Positions 24,758-36,404 of a stretch of DNA of 64,000 nucleotides are shown piece by piece. The stretch is from Basidiobolus meristosporus CBS 931.73 (Eukaryota > Fungi > Basidiobolomycota): contig MCFE01000292.1 of assembly GCA_002104905.1 (NCBI GenBank), forward strand, positions 1 through 64,000, in the 5' to 3' direction. Positions within the stretch are counted from its first letter, which is position 1, and every line of letters begins with the position of its first letter. The notes under the pieces are model-generated. The model was given only the letters and a program-made list of their open reading frames with translations. It ran no database searches and had not been told where the DNA came from. The position numbers were made by a program, and so were the translations under genes.

Positions 24758-26275
24758 ATGTCAGTCCTCAAAATTATTCATATGATGATACGAACGGTAT
24801 ACCACAATTGTAACATTGATACTAGTAGCGGACGCCAGGAGCTTGCAAGATGCCTGTTACCTATGGGTTCCATAATCATTGATGACAAATGGAACTGGAT
24901 CTCTACTTCCTTAGTTCCCATCGCCCGTACTATACTTGTTGCCACAGCAACGCTGGCCATATGGCACTTATGGTGGTGGAGAAGATATAGCTCCATGAAT
25001 CGTCAGACCCATCATGGTAGTAGTTGGGCAATTGGAACTTCCATGACTCATATGTCAGGGCTCAACTCCACATATATTTGTCTACGAACTGCTATGAAGT
25101 ATGGCATTGAGAAAGTCACGTCTACATTGCTAATTTTGTTGGTTGGTACTGGTATAGTGTTGCCACTGGCAAGTATCTACTGGGCTTCCCACGTGTTCCA
25201 GAACACAATGGTGCAGTATGAATACAAAACGCATCGACCGTCTGGAGATAGTATAGTCGAAGCTATCAAAGGCAGAACTGCTCTGGTGTCATCATTTGGG
25301 CAGGTGACATATGGTGAAAAGCCACTTTTGACGTCTGATGTATTTCTTGACATACCAGTCGGAATGGAGTCTGCAACCATTCTGCGACCTCCAGGAATAC
25401 CTTCATGGTGGAAGGTAGATATAACTCCAAAGGCTTTGGAATGCCATGTTGAATTTGGCGACGTACTTGAGTCAAGCTCAAATGTTGAATTCTACGTGAA
25501 CTATGGTGATTATGCTAACAGCATAGTGGCCGAGTCGTTGACCAGTCGTTGTGGCCGAGTCATACCCTCAGTTAACTTCCTTACCAATCAGGATTTTGAA
25601 AAACGAAACCCTGGGCTCGCTGCTTCTATCAAAAGAATGTTAGTTACAAATCGCGCTCAACAGTGGTGCAAACTGAACTACACTTGCCCTATAGAAACAA
25701 AAATTTCCTATGGCAATATAAGTGTCAACAACACCCAGAAAATTCAATGGCAGCAAACCTCACTAACCACAACACATGAAAATGATGGTGGCTTGATGAG
25801 TCAACTCCAAGACGAGAAAATGAAATCATGGCTTGAGTCTGATCAGTGGAAAGAGAAAGCCATCGGTACTATTAAGGAAGCAGCTTCCATCAAGTACAAT
25901 ATTTACAGCAGTCTTGGACAAAACCAGCCAGCTCACCAGGTCCTAAGCGAGACATTTAATGAGTTCTTCCGAGAAGCGATTCTGCAGAGTTTTGACCAAG
26001 TGGAGATTCAATTCAATGGCGCAACTACGAGGCTGCAATTCTCCTGGTTAAGTGTGGTACTGTGGGCCATCATTGTTCTGTCGGCAGTCACTACTTTGTC
26101 AATCTCTAATATTAATGCAAAGAAGCTACCGCTGCTGAAAGAAATGCTCGAGTCTTGGGATATAATATCCAAGACTTCCGTTATCAGCGATGGCAACTCC
26201 GGCACAAGCGATATTCCACTATACCGTTGGCCAACAGTATATGATGATGAGAAAGAGGCCGACTTGATAAATTAG
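24758..26275 (+). CDS. Uncharacterised membrane protein, paralogue M4 (recent duplicate of M3)
   Basis: Near-identical to M3 from about 24807 to 26458. Differs in the N-terminus and in one short internal patch. Confidence 0.85.
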   Translation: MSVLKIIHMMIRTVYHNCNIDTSSGRQELARCLLPMGSIIIDDKWNWISTSLVPIARTILVATATLAIWHLWWWRRYSSMNRQTHHGSSWAIGTSMTHMSGLNSTYICLRTAMKYGIEKVTSTLLILLVGTGIVLPLASIYWASHVFQNTMVQYEYKTHRPSGDSIVEAIKGRTALVSSFGQVTYGEKPLLTSDVFLDIPVGMESATILRPPGIPSWWKVDITPKALECHVEFGDVLESSSNVEFYVNYGDYANSIVAESLTSRCGRVIPSVNFLTNQDFEKRNPGLAASIKRMLVTNRAQQWCKLNYTCPIETKISYGNISVNNTQKIQWQQTSLTTTHENDGGLMSQLQDEKMKSWLESDQWKEKAIGTIKEAASIKYNIYSSLGQNQPAHQVLSETFNEFFREAILQSFDQVEIQFNGATTRLQFSWLSVVLWAIIVLSAVTTLSISNINAKKLPLLKEMLESWDIISKTSVISDGNSGTSDIPLYRWPTVYDDEKEADLIN

Positions 26276-27170
26276 TCCCGGAAAGTTCATAATCAAGGCA
26301 GCATCTCGCAAACATAGCTAGCTCAGAGAATGTTTGCATTGCTGCCAGACGCTATATCGGTTTCATAAAAATCTGACTCTGCAATAAATCTTGGATTCAC
26401 TATTGCATTAGTGCATCTGAAGGTATAAAAAGTGATTCCTTGAGAAGCATACCTAATCTCTTTATATTGTTAGCTTCATATCCGCAACTTTAATTATCAG
26501 CTGTGTTCCATATTACATATATTGTAACAATGTTCAAGTTTGGCGGAATGCGGTCGCCCCAAATGGTATCTGAAACCATAATGGTTACATGGCAATATTG
26601 GTTTGTAATATTCCACTGCTACAGCATTTTATACTATGTGTTGTTATATAACTCTGCTGGCATGTTTGGTGCTCAAAATCAGTGCCAGTATCTTATGTAT
26701 AATCAACTAGTTTTCAAGTGTATAATTTACCTGGAAACTAATTGAGTACAACACTATCTTAAGATCTATGTCAAACCACCCGGGATCTACAATTTCGAAT
26801 TGATTCAATGGATCCATTTTCGAATGCAAATTTGGCGCAGTGACGCTAGTTACAGAATTTGAGTATCACTTTATCTAAATTCTTGTCGAGATGGATTCTT
26901 TTATGCCTTCGATTTGTCGAAGAGAACTTGATCTAACTATCATGCTAGCGTTTCAAACCTACCTACTTCTAAGCATGCACATTTGTTGCAAGAAATGTAA
27001 AAAGTGTACGCACTCGAAATATTCGCATAAACTGGTACTTTATTCTTAACAATGAGTTATAATCTCCTGGCTAATAGATTAAGAAGGACAGGTTGAGCAT
27101 TCAAGTGTATTGTGGTAAATTCAACTTCATTAAGGCGTACTGCTTACAATTGCGAATCCTGTCAATAGCC

Positions 27171-28730
27171 TTACCTTATGGATCTTCCATCTGGATTGTG
27201 TAGAGTATTAGCAATCTCATCATCGCAAGAGACACTGGATGGCCAGTTATAATAGGTTTTCGCTTCGCTAAAGTTTCCTAGGTTTGTTTCCTCTAGGATC
27301 ACGGCCACTCTGGCGATCACTTTCCATGAATCCAGAACTTGCTGTAATAGAATATCCGAGCGCAACCTCTTAGAGGACATTGCAAATATCCCTGCTGATA
27401 TCACCATGACAATAAGCCAGGCTAGGCCTGCAATCCATCTAACCTGAATTTTTTTTGTTCTACCATTGATTCGAACTACAGCCACTTGTGGTTGTTGCAA
27501 AGTTGCTTCTCTGGTGAACTCGCGAAGCGTTTGTTGTAGTGTTTCGTAGGCTGATTTGTATTTCCCTAGTGAGATGTACATTGCGTACTTGGTAATTGCT
27601 GCTTCCTTGACCACCTGTACTGCCTTATTCTGCCAGGTTTCATTCCAAGCAACCTCTAGCCACTCATCAAGTCTGTATGCACTTATTTTGGCTGCGCCGC
27701 TTATTGCACTTACGGTTTTATGAATATCAGTATAATCGTATGTGCCCGAGTAGTTTCCCCAAGTTACTTCTCCTTTCGAATCGGTCAATATTTCCCCTCG
27801 TAAGATATGCACCTTAATCTGGCAGGAGTATTGTATATGACACCAATTATCCTTAATATCAGGACTCTGAAGACTCTTGATAGTTTCAGAAGATACTGGT
27901 GAATTGTCATCAATGAGCTCTCGCGATCCAAGGAAGCTCAGAGTAGGCTCCAAAGTACTACATTTGGTACTTACTTCCTCTGACAAGATATCGTTTGTTA
28001 TACTTCCAAAATTTACGACTGAAACGGCAGCTGGTTGTTTCTTCGAAAAGGCAGCGGTGGATATCATACAACTCTTCTCTTTGGGAAGTACTTGAACCTT
28101 CCACCACCTCCAATGGCTTTCTACGGGAATGATTTCAGCAGCCTCCATGCCCATGGTATAGTCCTTCAACAGATCGATCCCAAGCAGCGGTTTTTCACCA
28201 TAGACTACTCTACCCATTGACATTAGTAATGGTGCTCGGCTCTTCACGGCCTCCGACAAAGGGAGATTATCGAGCTTAACATTGATCGTATGTTCCAGTT
28301 TATAAGGTACATCGTCAACCTTGATTACGAATAAAGACCATAGCAAGCTGAGAAGGGGTACCACTACACCAACTAGGAGCAGCATCCAAATTAAAGTGAC
28401 AGTAGCTTTCTTCACTCCAAATTCGCGGATCTTGAGCAATGAACCGAACAGAGTCATCAATCCGGGCATATGTGTCATGGCTGTGGCAATTGCCCAACTG
28501 GGCCCGTAGTATCTTCTAGTGTTGAATTTCTTTCGCCTGTTCAACCACCAAAGACGCCAGAGTGCAAGCCCAACAACTGTCACCCCCATTGGTTGAGCTA
28601 CTGATACAATGGCGACAACAACTCTACTCCACTCCTCCCCCATCGTAATAGTGCCAAATGGTACCTCACATTGAGCCAATACTGGTGATCGGCTTTGGGA
28701 AAGGACTTTACACGATGTGTAGTATACCAT
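27171..28730 (-). CDS. Uncharacterised membrane protein, paralogue M5 (519 aa from MVYYTSC)
   Basis: Family motifs AQCEVPFG, LWRLWW, YGPSWAIATAMTHMPG, YGEKPLL, KEAAITKY, SLG, EFTREA, DSW and WP. The ORF track start at 28832 is a TTG. Confidence 0.85.
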   Translation of the reverse strand: MVYYTSCKVLSQSRSPVLAQCEVPFGTITMGEEWSRVVVAIVSVAQPMGVTVVGLALWRLWWLNRRKKFNTRRYYGPSWAIATAMTHMPGLMTLFGSLLKIREFGVKKATVTLIWMLLLVGVVVPLLSLLWSLFVIKVDDVPYKLEHTINVKLDNLPLSEAVKSRAPLLMSMGRVVYGEKPLLGIDLLKDYTMGMEAAEIIPVESHWRWWKVQVLPKEKSCMISTAAFSKKQPAAVSVVNFGSITNDILSEEVSTKCSTLEPTLSFLGSRELIDDNSPVSSETIKSLQSPDIKDNWCHIQYSCQIKVHILRGEILTDSKGEVTWGNYSGTYDYTDIHKTVSAISGAAKISAYRLDEWLEVAWNETWQNKAVQVVKEAAITKYAMYISLGKYKSAYETLQQTLREFTREATLQQPQVAVVRINGRTKKIQVRWIAGLAWLIVMVISAGIFAMSSKRLRSDILLQQVLDSWKVIARVAVILEETNLGNFSEAKTYYNWPSSVSCDDEIANTLHNPDGRSIR

Positions 28731-30489
28731 TGTATAATATCTGCAGTCTGAGTTGAGTTGTATATTTAAGGGATTCCAGATGTGATAGGATTTCGTTGAG
28801 TTGAAACTACTACTTCTCAAATGGAATGCCAACCAAGATATAACAAGTTAGTGCTGGTACAAATTGTTTAAGCCTTAGATTCCCGATGAAAAATTAGTGA
28901 GGAATATTCCATAGATGTGGCAAACCAGATTTATCAGTCGCGATTCGACATCGACTACTTCTTGTCATCAACAATCTTGGGTAGTGTCGTACAAAAAACA
29001 ATAGCCTATATAAATAAAGTTGGAACTATCTGGTCACTACTACACCTGGATTAGAGAACCTATTAGGATTTGAAGAAATACAGGATTTTCTATCGGCAAT
29101 TTTGTCTGGTGGTTCATGATACGGGATCTAGTATCCAACTCCAGGTGCATGATTTAGTGTGAATGGCTTTGATTAGTGTTGTGATCAAAATTTTCCCACA
29201 TAGGATTGCAATAATGAGGGTATCCGAGATCGATCTGAATATCAATGGTAATTTTAGAAATAGCATTTAGAATTTAATATGCCAATCAATCGTCGTGATA
29301 TTCAGTGGTTTGCCTCATTGCACCTCCTAAACAATACTTGTTCAATAGAGGTAACTAGTGATTAAATCACTATTTTCAAGCAGCTTGCGCTAGCAAATAT
29401 TGCACGAATATTCTCAATTTTTGTAACTAACTTGGCATGATTATTGACGATGCATTATCGAACCACTGGACTCTAACGCCAGGATTAATCCGGCTGGTAG
29501 ATTAATATTGCTTTTTGGCTGACATCTCCCACACGTATTTAACTTGTGTTATTGAATGCATGATCATACGCACTGCTCCATGATCTCTGTTATTAGAAAT
29601 CAGTAAGCACATGATAGCATTCTAGATGTAGAATTGTGCATCTACGCAAATTGTGATATATCTCGATCGATTCTATCTAAGTTACCAGCCGGTTTGCTGA
29701 GTTGTATGCGTCGACTGAAGTTTTATTGCGTTCACATTGCAGCTACTTAACTATATATAGGCTATTGCTGCAGTTATAGTTTATAGTCATAGTGCCAGAT
29801 TAGGCTCTAACTGGTACTGGTTTGAGATCTTTTGACTTGATTAATAATGCGTAAGACTGCTTTACCTGTACCACCGGTAGTTTGATGGGAATTTCGCACA
29901 AGAATCTTAGGATAATTAAAATAAAATTTGATCTTGTTAATGGATAGTACGCAATCACATCTGGCAGCATTGAGGTAGAGGTAAAATTGTCAGCCCAGCC
30001 ATAGATAGTTAGGCAGGTTTCACTCAAATGGAAAACTTGGTAAAGTATTACGGACGAAAATATGCTTGAGCATTTCCGGTATATACTGATATAGAATAAG
30101 TAATCATTACAGATATTTAGTCTATACCCATATCTAGATATATGTGAGCTTTCGCATAATAATGTCAGTTGTTTCTATGAATATTAAACTGATTTTTTCT
30201 GTAGCAGGATTTGTATGTAATACTACAGACTCTTTTTTTGTGCAAACTTCAATGTCACAGTGTATGTGATTAAAGGATCGGGATTGCATTTATTGCCGTG
30301 AACTACCTGTAGAAGGTACATATATGGTTCAATAGATATCAGTAAAAAAAATTATAATTTGAAACGATGCACTCAATGTAACATGCCAGGTTGAGTATAA
30401 TTTCTTGTGGATGTCATTAATATTTATCCAGCGGTATGGGGTGGCAGTTGCCATCGAGAATATACCTAGAACATTCTGCACAACAGATA

Positions 30490-30690
30490 CGCCCCAAAAA
30501 CCAGCAAGAATATCAACACTTACAGCAGTTTTTTATTTGATTTGAGAGGAATTCGAACCGCCAAGTATGACACCAATTTTGCTCCCAATGTGGGTTTTCA
30601 CCAATCCTCTCGCTTGGCCAGGAGTCGCCAATGCTATGCTGACAAGAGTAATTTTGTTGTCTGTGTTTCTGGATTCAATTGCTGTACCAA
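30490..30690 (-). pseudogene. Phosphodiester glycosidase fragment P5 (P7-like 3' half)
   Basis: TAIESRNTDNKITLVSIALATPGQARGLVKTHIGSKIGVILGGSNSSQIK aligns with P7; the 5' half is missing. Confidence 0.8.
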
Positions 30691-30812
30691 TGAAGACCTC
30701 AACTAGTATTACTTCTGATATGACCTGCACTACGCTAGTGGTTTCTTTCACTAGCTTTAAGTAATGACGGAGTCAAACTTTCGATTCTCCTTAGGACTAT
30801 TCGGTCTTTCTG

Positions 30813-31050
30813 TTTTTCTAAGCTTACAGAATTCAGTCCTCAAGATAGGATCAGTGTTTGCACTGCATTCCAACCGCAGGATCCCCGTTTGTAACGAGAC
30901 CGGACCTGATCTGTTTTGAGCCACCAGGCACTCTTGTGATTGGCATAATAAAGTCTAATGGTTCAACCTGCATCTTCGATTTGATCGATATTTGCTTGAG
31001 TAGTGATTGCAGCATACAGCATAGTGATCAAAATACCAAGTTCGCCATCT
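30813..31050 (-). pseudogene. BCS1-like AAA ATPase fragment
   Basis: The minus strand translates DQVRSRYKRGSCGWNAVQTLILS*GLNSVSLEK versus EQVRSRYERGSCGWSAVQTLMLSRGLDAVSLER in the intact gene. The stop at 30840-30842 corresponds to a CGA codon. Confidence 0.8.
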
Positions 31051-31517
31051 CAAACCACTTCCATATACATATTGTGTTATACAGCAGTTCCTTTAGGTAG
31101 CGCTGGATATATTTTTCCAGTAAATCGCCAGAATTAAGGAATCCCGTTTTGGTAATTACTAGTCAACTACGTAAATTATCGTAGTACTAACTAAATATGT
31201 CTAGTCTGAGCATTGTAGGACACATACCTGCCTTTGGTGGTCATATGTTCACGCTCAATTTTATTGTTCAAACATGCGAAGTGTAAAGAACTAAGTAAGC
31301 ATTGACAACCCTAGTAGATTGCTATAATAGCATCCAATGCAAATTTTGTAATATACTATACCACTCAGCAATCTTTCAGCTGATGAATGGTTGATTTATT
31401 ATAGAGCGATATTGAATCTTAATTTTTGCCAGGACATCGTTAACGACAAGAAGTAAGACGTCTATGCAACATCGTCCCATTGTAAAACTAGAATTCTGGG
31501 GTGAATGAATTAGGCTT

Positions 31518-32240
31518 TCAATTCAACCATTTTGATGGATTTACAGTAATCATTGAAAATATTTTGCGTCTCTCATGAGAATAATCTACATCGATTCTCT
31601 GATTTTTCGGACCGACACCAGAAATTTGTGAAGAACCACCTCCATCCAGCATGATGGCGATATCACAATGATAACGTTGCTTCATAATCTTGCGGACCTC
31701 GAATGCAGAGGTATTTCGAAAGCTTGCTAGTACGATTTTTCTATCCGACTTTCTGAACCCAATAGCGGATTGGTGATGCAACTCTCCTTCTAGTACTTTG
31801 ATACTTTCTGAGGTCTCTGGCTTGATCTTAGCCCGATATTCATCCTTGTTGCTGTTCAGGTGCAGACTGTATCCACCAACAGCCCAGTAAACGCTAATAT
31901 GTCTTCTACAAGTGAATTCCTGCAGATTTTTCAATACTGCGACTTCCACTTCGACTTTGTTGCTACGGTTATCCCTGTAGCAGATCATAGTTCCCCTCTT
32001 AATTGGCTGCTGAACTACCTTCTTTTCATCTTGATTCTTCGAGTACGTGATCGAGTAGAGATTGCCATAGGTCTTTTTGTTTTTTGCACTTGGCTCAAAG
32101 TATCCCCCGTTGATACCATAATGACAAGATTTGGCCACAGAGACAGCTCCAACCTGCATCACATCAACAGCATCAAGATCACTGATGATTACAGTCGATT
32201 GGGGATCCTTAGCTTGGCGGGTTTCAGCTACTGAAGGCAT
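31518..32240 (-). CDS. Phosphodiester glycosidase P6, 240 aa, no signal peptide
   Basis: Motifs YGINGGYF, RGTM, WAVGGYSLHL, HQSAIG, AIMLDGGGSSQ and IFSMITV. ATG at 32240 with TATAAA 39 bp upstream. Confidence 0.85.
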   Translation of the reverse strand: MPSVAETRQAKDPQSTVIISDLDAVDVMQVGAVSVAKSCHYGINGGYFEPSAKNKKTYGNLYSITYSKNQDEKKVVQQPIKRGTMICYRDNRSNKVEVEVAVLKNLQEFTCRRHISVYWAVGGYSLHLNSNKDEYRAKIKPETSESIKVLEGELHHQSAIGFRKSDRKIVLASFRNTSAFEVRKIMKQRYHCDIAIMLDGGGSSQISGVGPKNQRIDVDYSHERRKIFSMITVNPSKWLN

Positions 32241-33319
32241 GGTACGTTTGCTGTATTGGAACACTCCTAAAAGCTCAATTTATAGAAAGGTACTGTAGTA
32301 AATACACACCAATCACGGTATTTCTAGACTTCTGCTATAGTGGTACCTTGAGTTGTACTAGTCTGGCATGTGTATTGTATCGACTTATAATATGGACCAT
32401 TTTGTTTTTTATATCGTCATACTATTTTTAGCTAGATATTTAGATACAGCTAATATGGTTCTGGTGTATTTGTGAGCCTAATATTATCACATGGATTACG
32501 CAAGTAGATATCGCAGATGTCAGAAGCACGAATGTTACCAGTGTGAGAATCTGTAATGAAGCATATCTATTTTACCAATCAAGACTTTGTCAAGTTATGG
32601 TGCTTTGAGATAGTACCAATAGCACCAAAAAAGCATGGTGCTGTAAGTAGAATGCTACAATATGATGAATCCATGGGTGTGTTACAGTCAGCAGTAGCTA
32701 TTTGATAGCGGTAGTGGTAGTAGGGGCAGAACAATATATCAATGGTGCTACTTGAATCAGTTCACTTTGGCAAATGGTTTTTGATCTAACACTAAATGCA
32801 AATTACGAGAAATGCTTGCAACAGGTATGTGATCAAACATTAGATGCTTACCCGATTGAATCCAGGCTGCCACACTTTGACTGGGACAAAGCCTAATGAT
32901 ACACGTGATACTAACTCTAATTGGAGGTAACTGGTTTCGACATCAGATTCACTATTTCAACTCGTTGGTTCACCAACAGATTTGACTGGTTTACCCGAAT
33001 TCGGTCACTGTAGTCAGGATTTGAGTATTTCAAATTACATGGCATACGACTTATGTGAATACCATCCAGACGCCTACCCACATGAACTTCGATTGGCGAC
33101 TACCATACATGAGCACCACTGCCATAACTGACACACTGGAAAATCCTTAATATCAAGTAAGTTGACAATTGCTTAGATAGGCACATTCTTGATTGGTCGG
33201 CAACTAATTTTCCGATCTGTAGTGGCGATTGGTGGTAACTTGAGGCAATATGGGGCTGTACTCATTCTGGTACACTAAACTCCAAAGGTTACCTGCTATC
33301 AATTGACGATATTTAAAAG

Positions 33320-33744
33320 AGTGGCTTTGCTACACAGGAAACATACTTATTTTGACAGCCAATTACCTTGAAATACTAAATCCTGCCATTTTGCGACCAG
33401 GCCGAATGGATTTGAAGATCGAAATGGGCTACTGCTCACATTATCAAATCCAAAAGATGTACTCCTCAGTCATGAGAAATGCCGAAGCACAGATTAATCA
33501 GGCATTCCTAGATGGGTACGTCCCCGAAGGCTTACTTCCTCCTTGTGAGGTGATGACCTGTTTCGTCCTGTACCGCCGCACACCGAAGGTCATACCCGAG
33601 ATGCTGAGTCAGTTGGTCAGCAAATTCAAAACTACCGATGCCCCTAGTGCAGAGAATCTTCTGACTGAAGCTGTATTGCCTGAGAAAACTGATCTTGGCT
33701 CCAAAATACCTGCGATGGACTCGGGCTATAGCTCAGACTCGTAA
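33320..33744 (+). pseudogene. 5'-truncated chimeric copy of the BCS1-like AAA ATPase
   Basis: From about 33382 it is near-identical to 21117-21479. The segment 33320-33400 is a diverged version of 21052-21135. Walker A and B are absent. Confidence 0.85.
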
Positions 33745-35642
33745 GAGATTGTTGATAAAATCAAATGTAAAGCAGCGATTTGGTGAACTATAGAAATACT
33801 GATGGCCTCTAACTCGATTCTATGGAGGAATAATTGATCCAATAAATGTCATATATTACTTCATTTTCACTTTGTGAATAGTGACTGTCGGCATTGCATC
33901 ACATCACACGAAGCTCAACAGTAAATGGAGTTCTAACGCACGGCAGTTCATCTGTGTTCCATCGTCCATGCAAGCCTGTATCAAGCAAACTAAGCCTTGA
34001 ATGATCTGATCCAGATTCTATGTGATCATGCACACTGGATATACAATTGCGAATCTCGAACTCCACATCTTGGGGTTGACAAAGCCTCCAACATGGGAAT
34101 GGCTCTGGATACAACTACCAGTGGGATGCATGTATTCGGTGAGAAGATCACATGAATCTTCGCAAGATTTGATCTCCGATTATATCGCATCCACCACAAT
34201 CGTACGATCTGAAACCGGGACATCATGACTTGATGCATCTCAGCGTATCGGTATTCTCCTTTGTCCTGGGAAGCGTACGGAAGGCCAGAAAGGCCCTTCA
34301 TGGAAATGTTGAGTGCAATACAGGCTGACCTGTAGTACGGTCTGCATGAAAAGAATGGGCTACTGAGGCGTCAGGCTACGTTGCGTTTGACATATAGGTA
34401 AATTGGGCATGTGGGTAAACATGACTTGGCAGTTGATGGTTTGGATGCCGCAAGAACCGGAGTTTGAATCTGGTGTTACATGATTCAGTGCTCATCTTGG
34501 ATAAGGTAAGTATGTATGCACACCACTCAGCATGTGCCCATTGTATTCAGAGCAGAATCCATGGATGACGGGATTTTTAACTCGATTCTGAAACTAAACT
34601 ATGAGAACTATGGTGTACTATCTGGATAATTCTAGCCAGCTAAACCAATAGCCTTAGCCAGGTACCTTACTGGTGAGACACCTATGTGATACAATATGAT
34701 TACAGCGTGGTGTTACGAAAATACATACAAGACAATTTTGTGATTCTCCGTCAAAGAGCTAGGCCCAATTGCCGTTCTTGCTAAAGTAGAATCAGCTACC
34801 ATTACGCCAACACCTCCAATGCTCACAATGCGACTAGGCAGCACTTTAAATTCATTGAAATATATGTACAGCGTAGCGCTTCAATCACTCTTAGTGTGAT
34901 TTAGACTCCAGTTGCTAGCTTCGATGTCATTCCTCAACGATTCTTCAAGGGTTAACGGCGTGGTAGAAGATGCGTTTAAACGAGAATTGGCAATCCACTT
35001 TTCCATAAATAATTTGCATCATACTCAAGTCTTCCTTATTTCTGACTTATTGCAAATGCAATTACACGGGATATCAGTATTGTATTACATGTCGCATTCT
35101 ATCGTTTATTTCCGGGCAATAATATTTTCTGATCATGCGATGTGCATTTGTTATGGACAATAGTGTGGAGACCGATTTCACGCAACTTGGTAGATGGATC
35201 AAGATGTAGCTTCGATTTAGTTGAGCCATGTGTTACTAAGAACGCCATAAAATTAACCTATTGCGGTAGAATGTACAATATATCATTCATAGCGTGTCTT
35301 GGTTTAGTTTGTTTAAATCAGGAATCAGAAACCTAGATAGCTGAGAACATAACGAGAATAATCCCTTTTTTATATTGACGAATATGTGGCTGGTATGTAC
35401 CTAAGGTAATTTCATGGGTATCTAAAATCTGCATTGATTTTGTAAGGGTATTAAGACGTCACCATATCCTGGTGCGTTTTACGTAGCTATGTTTACTTGG
35501 CGTTATGTATTATTGGTTCTATGCATTGGTGGTGACGCTTGGTAATGGTCCAGTGATCAAGTGTTCCGACAAATGGGTTGAGTAAGATACGATAGCTTTA
35601 TTAAAGTCAAAATCCGTGAAGTCATTTTCGCAAAAATCACCG

Positions 35643-36404
35643 TTACTTGCGAACATTGGTCGAGTTTACCCAGCGGGACGGGGTGACAGTTACCATCGAG
35701 TATATGCCTGGGCCTTGTTTAAGTTGAGTTACGTTTCCGAAACCAGCGAGGACATCCTGACCTCCGGCAGTCTTTCCTTTGATCTGGGAGGAATTCGATC
35801 CATCAAGCATGACGCCAATTTTACAGCCAATGTATGTTTTCATTAGGCTTCTCACTTGGCCAGGAGTTGCCGACATTATGCTGACAAGAATAATTTTGTT
35901 GTCTGTGCTTCTGTACCCAATTGCTGTCCTTGCTGAAGTAGAATTGGCTCCCATGGCGCCAACGCGACCCGCATGTTCACTCGCAGTGATATCATCTAGC
36001 CACTCTTTATCGGTGTACGCCTTATCCAGATGAAGACTCAAGCCGCCTACTGCCCATTGAATACTCTCCTTCTGGTAGCCATTAAGGTTGGATATCACAT
36101 CAGTAGAGAGGAACAGATTCCCGCTGGAGCTTTTGGTGCATATCATGGTTCCCCTGCTGAAATCCCCGTAGTTATGAGCATCTCCGCCGTTTCTTACGGG
36201 CGCACCTCCAGCTTTGCAGACAATTGCCACCAGGTCCTTGGTAGGCGAGTCCCGATTGAAGTAGCCTCCATTGCAGCCATAGTAGGATGAAGCGTAGACA
36301 TTAGTGTTGCCCACATCAGCGACGTCAATGGTGGGGACATCAGCAACAATTGCTGTGACACTGATGCCTTGATAGGTAAATTGGTTGACTCGAGCTTCAG
36401 ACAT
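35643..36404 (-). CDS. Phosphodiester glycosidase P7, 253 aa
   Basis: Motifs YGCNGGYF, RGTM, WAVGG, ARTAIG, VMLDGSNSSQ and IYSMVTV. TATAAAT about 41 bp upstream. Confidence 0.85.
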   Translation of the reverse strand: MSEARVNQFTYQGISVTAIVADVPTIDVADVGNTNVYASSYYGCNGGYFNRDSPTKDLVAIVCKAGGAPVRNGGDAHNYGDFSRGTMICTKSSSGNLFLSTDVISNLNGYQKESIQWAVGGLSLHLDKAYTDKEWLDDITASEHAGRVGAMGANSTSARTAIGYRSTDNKIILVSIMSATPGQVRSLMKTYIGCKIGVMLDGSNSSQIKGKTAGGQDVLAGFGNVTQLKQGPGIYSMVTVTPSRWVNSTNVRK

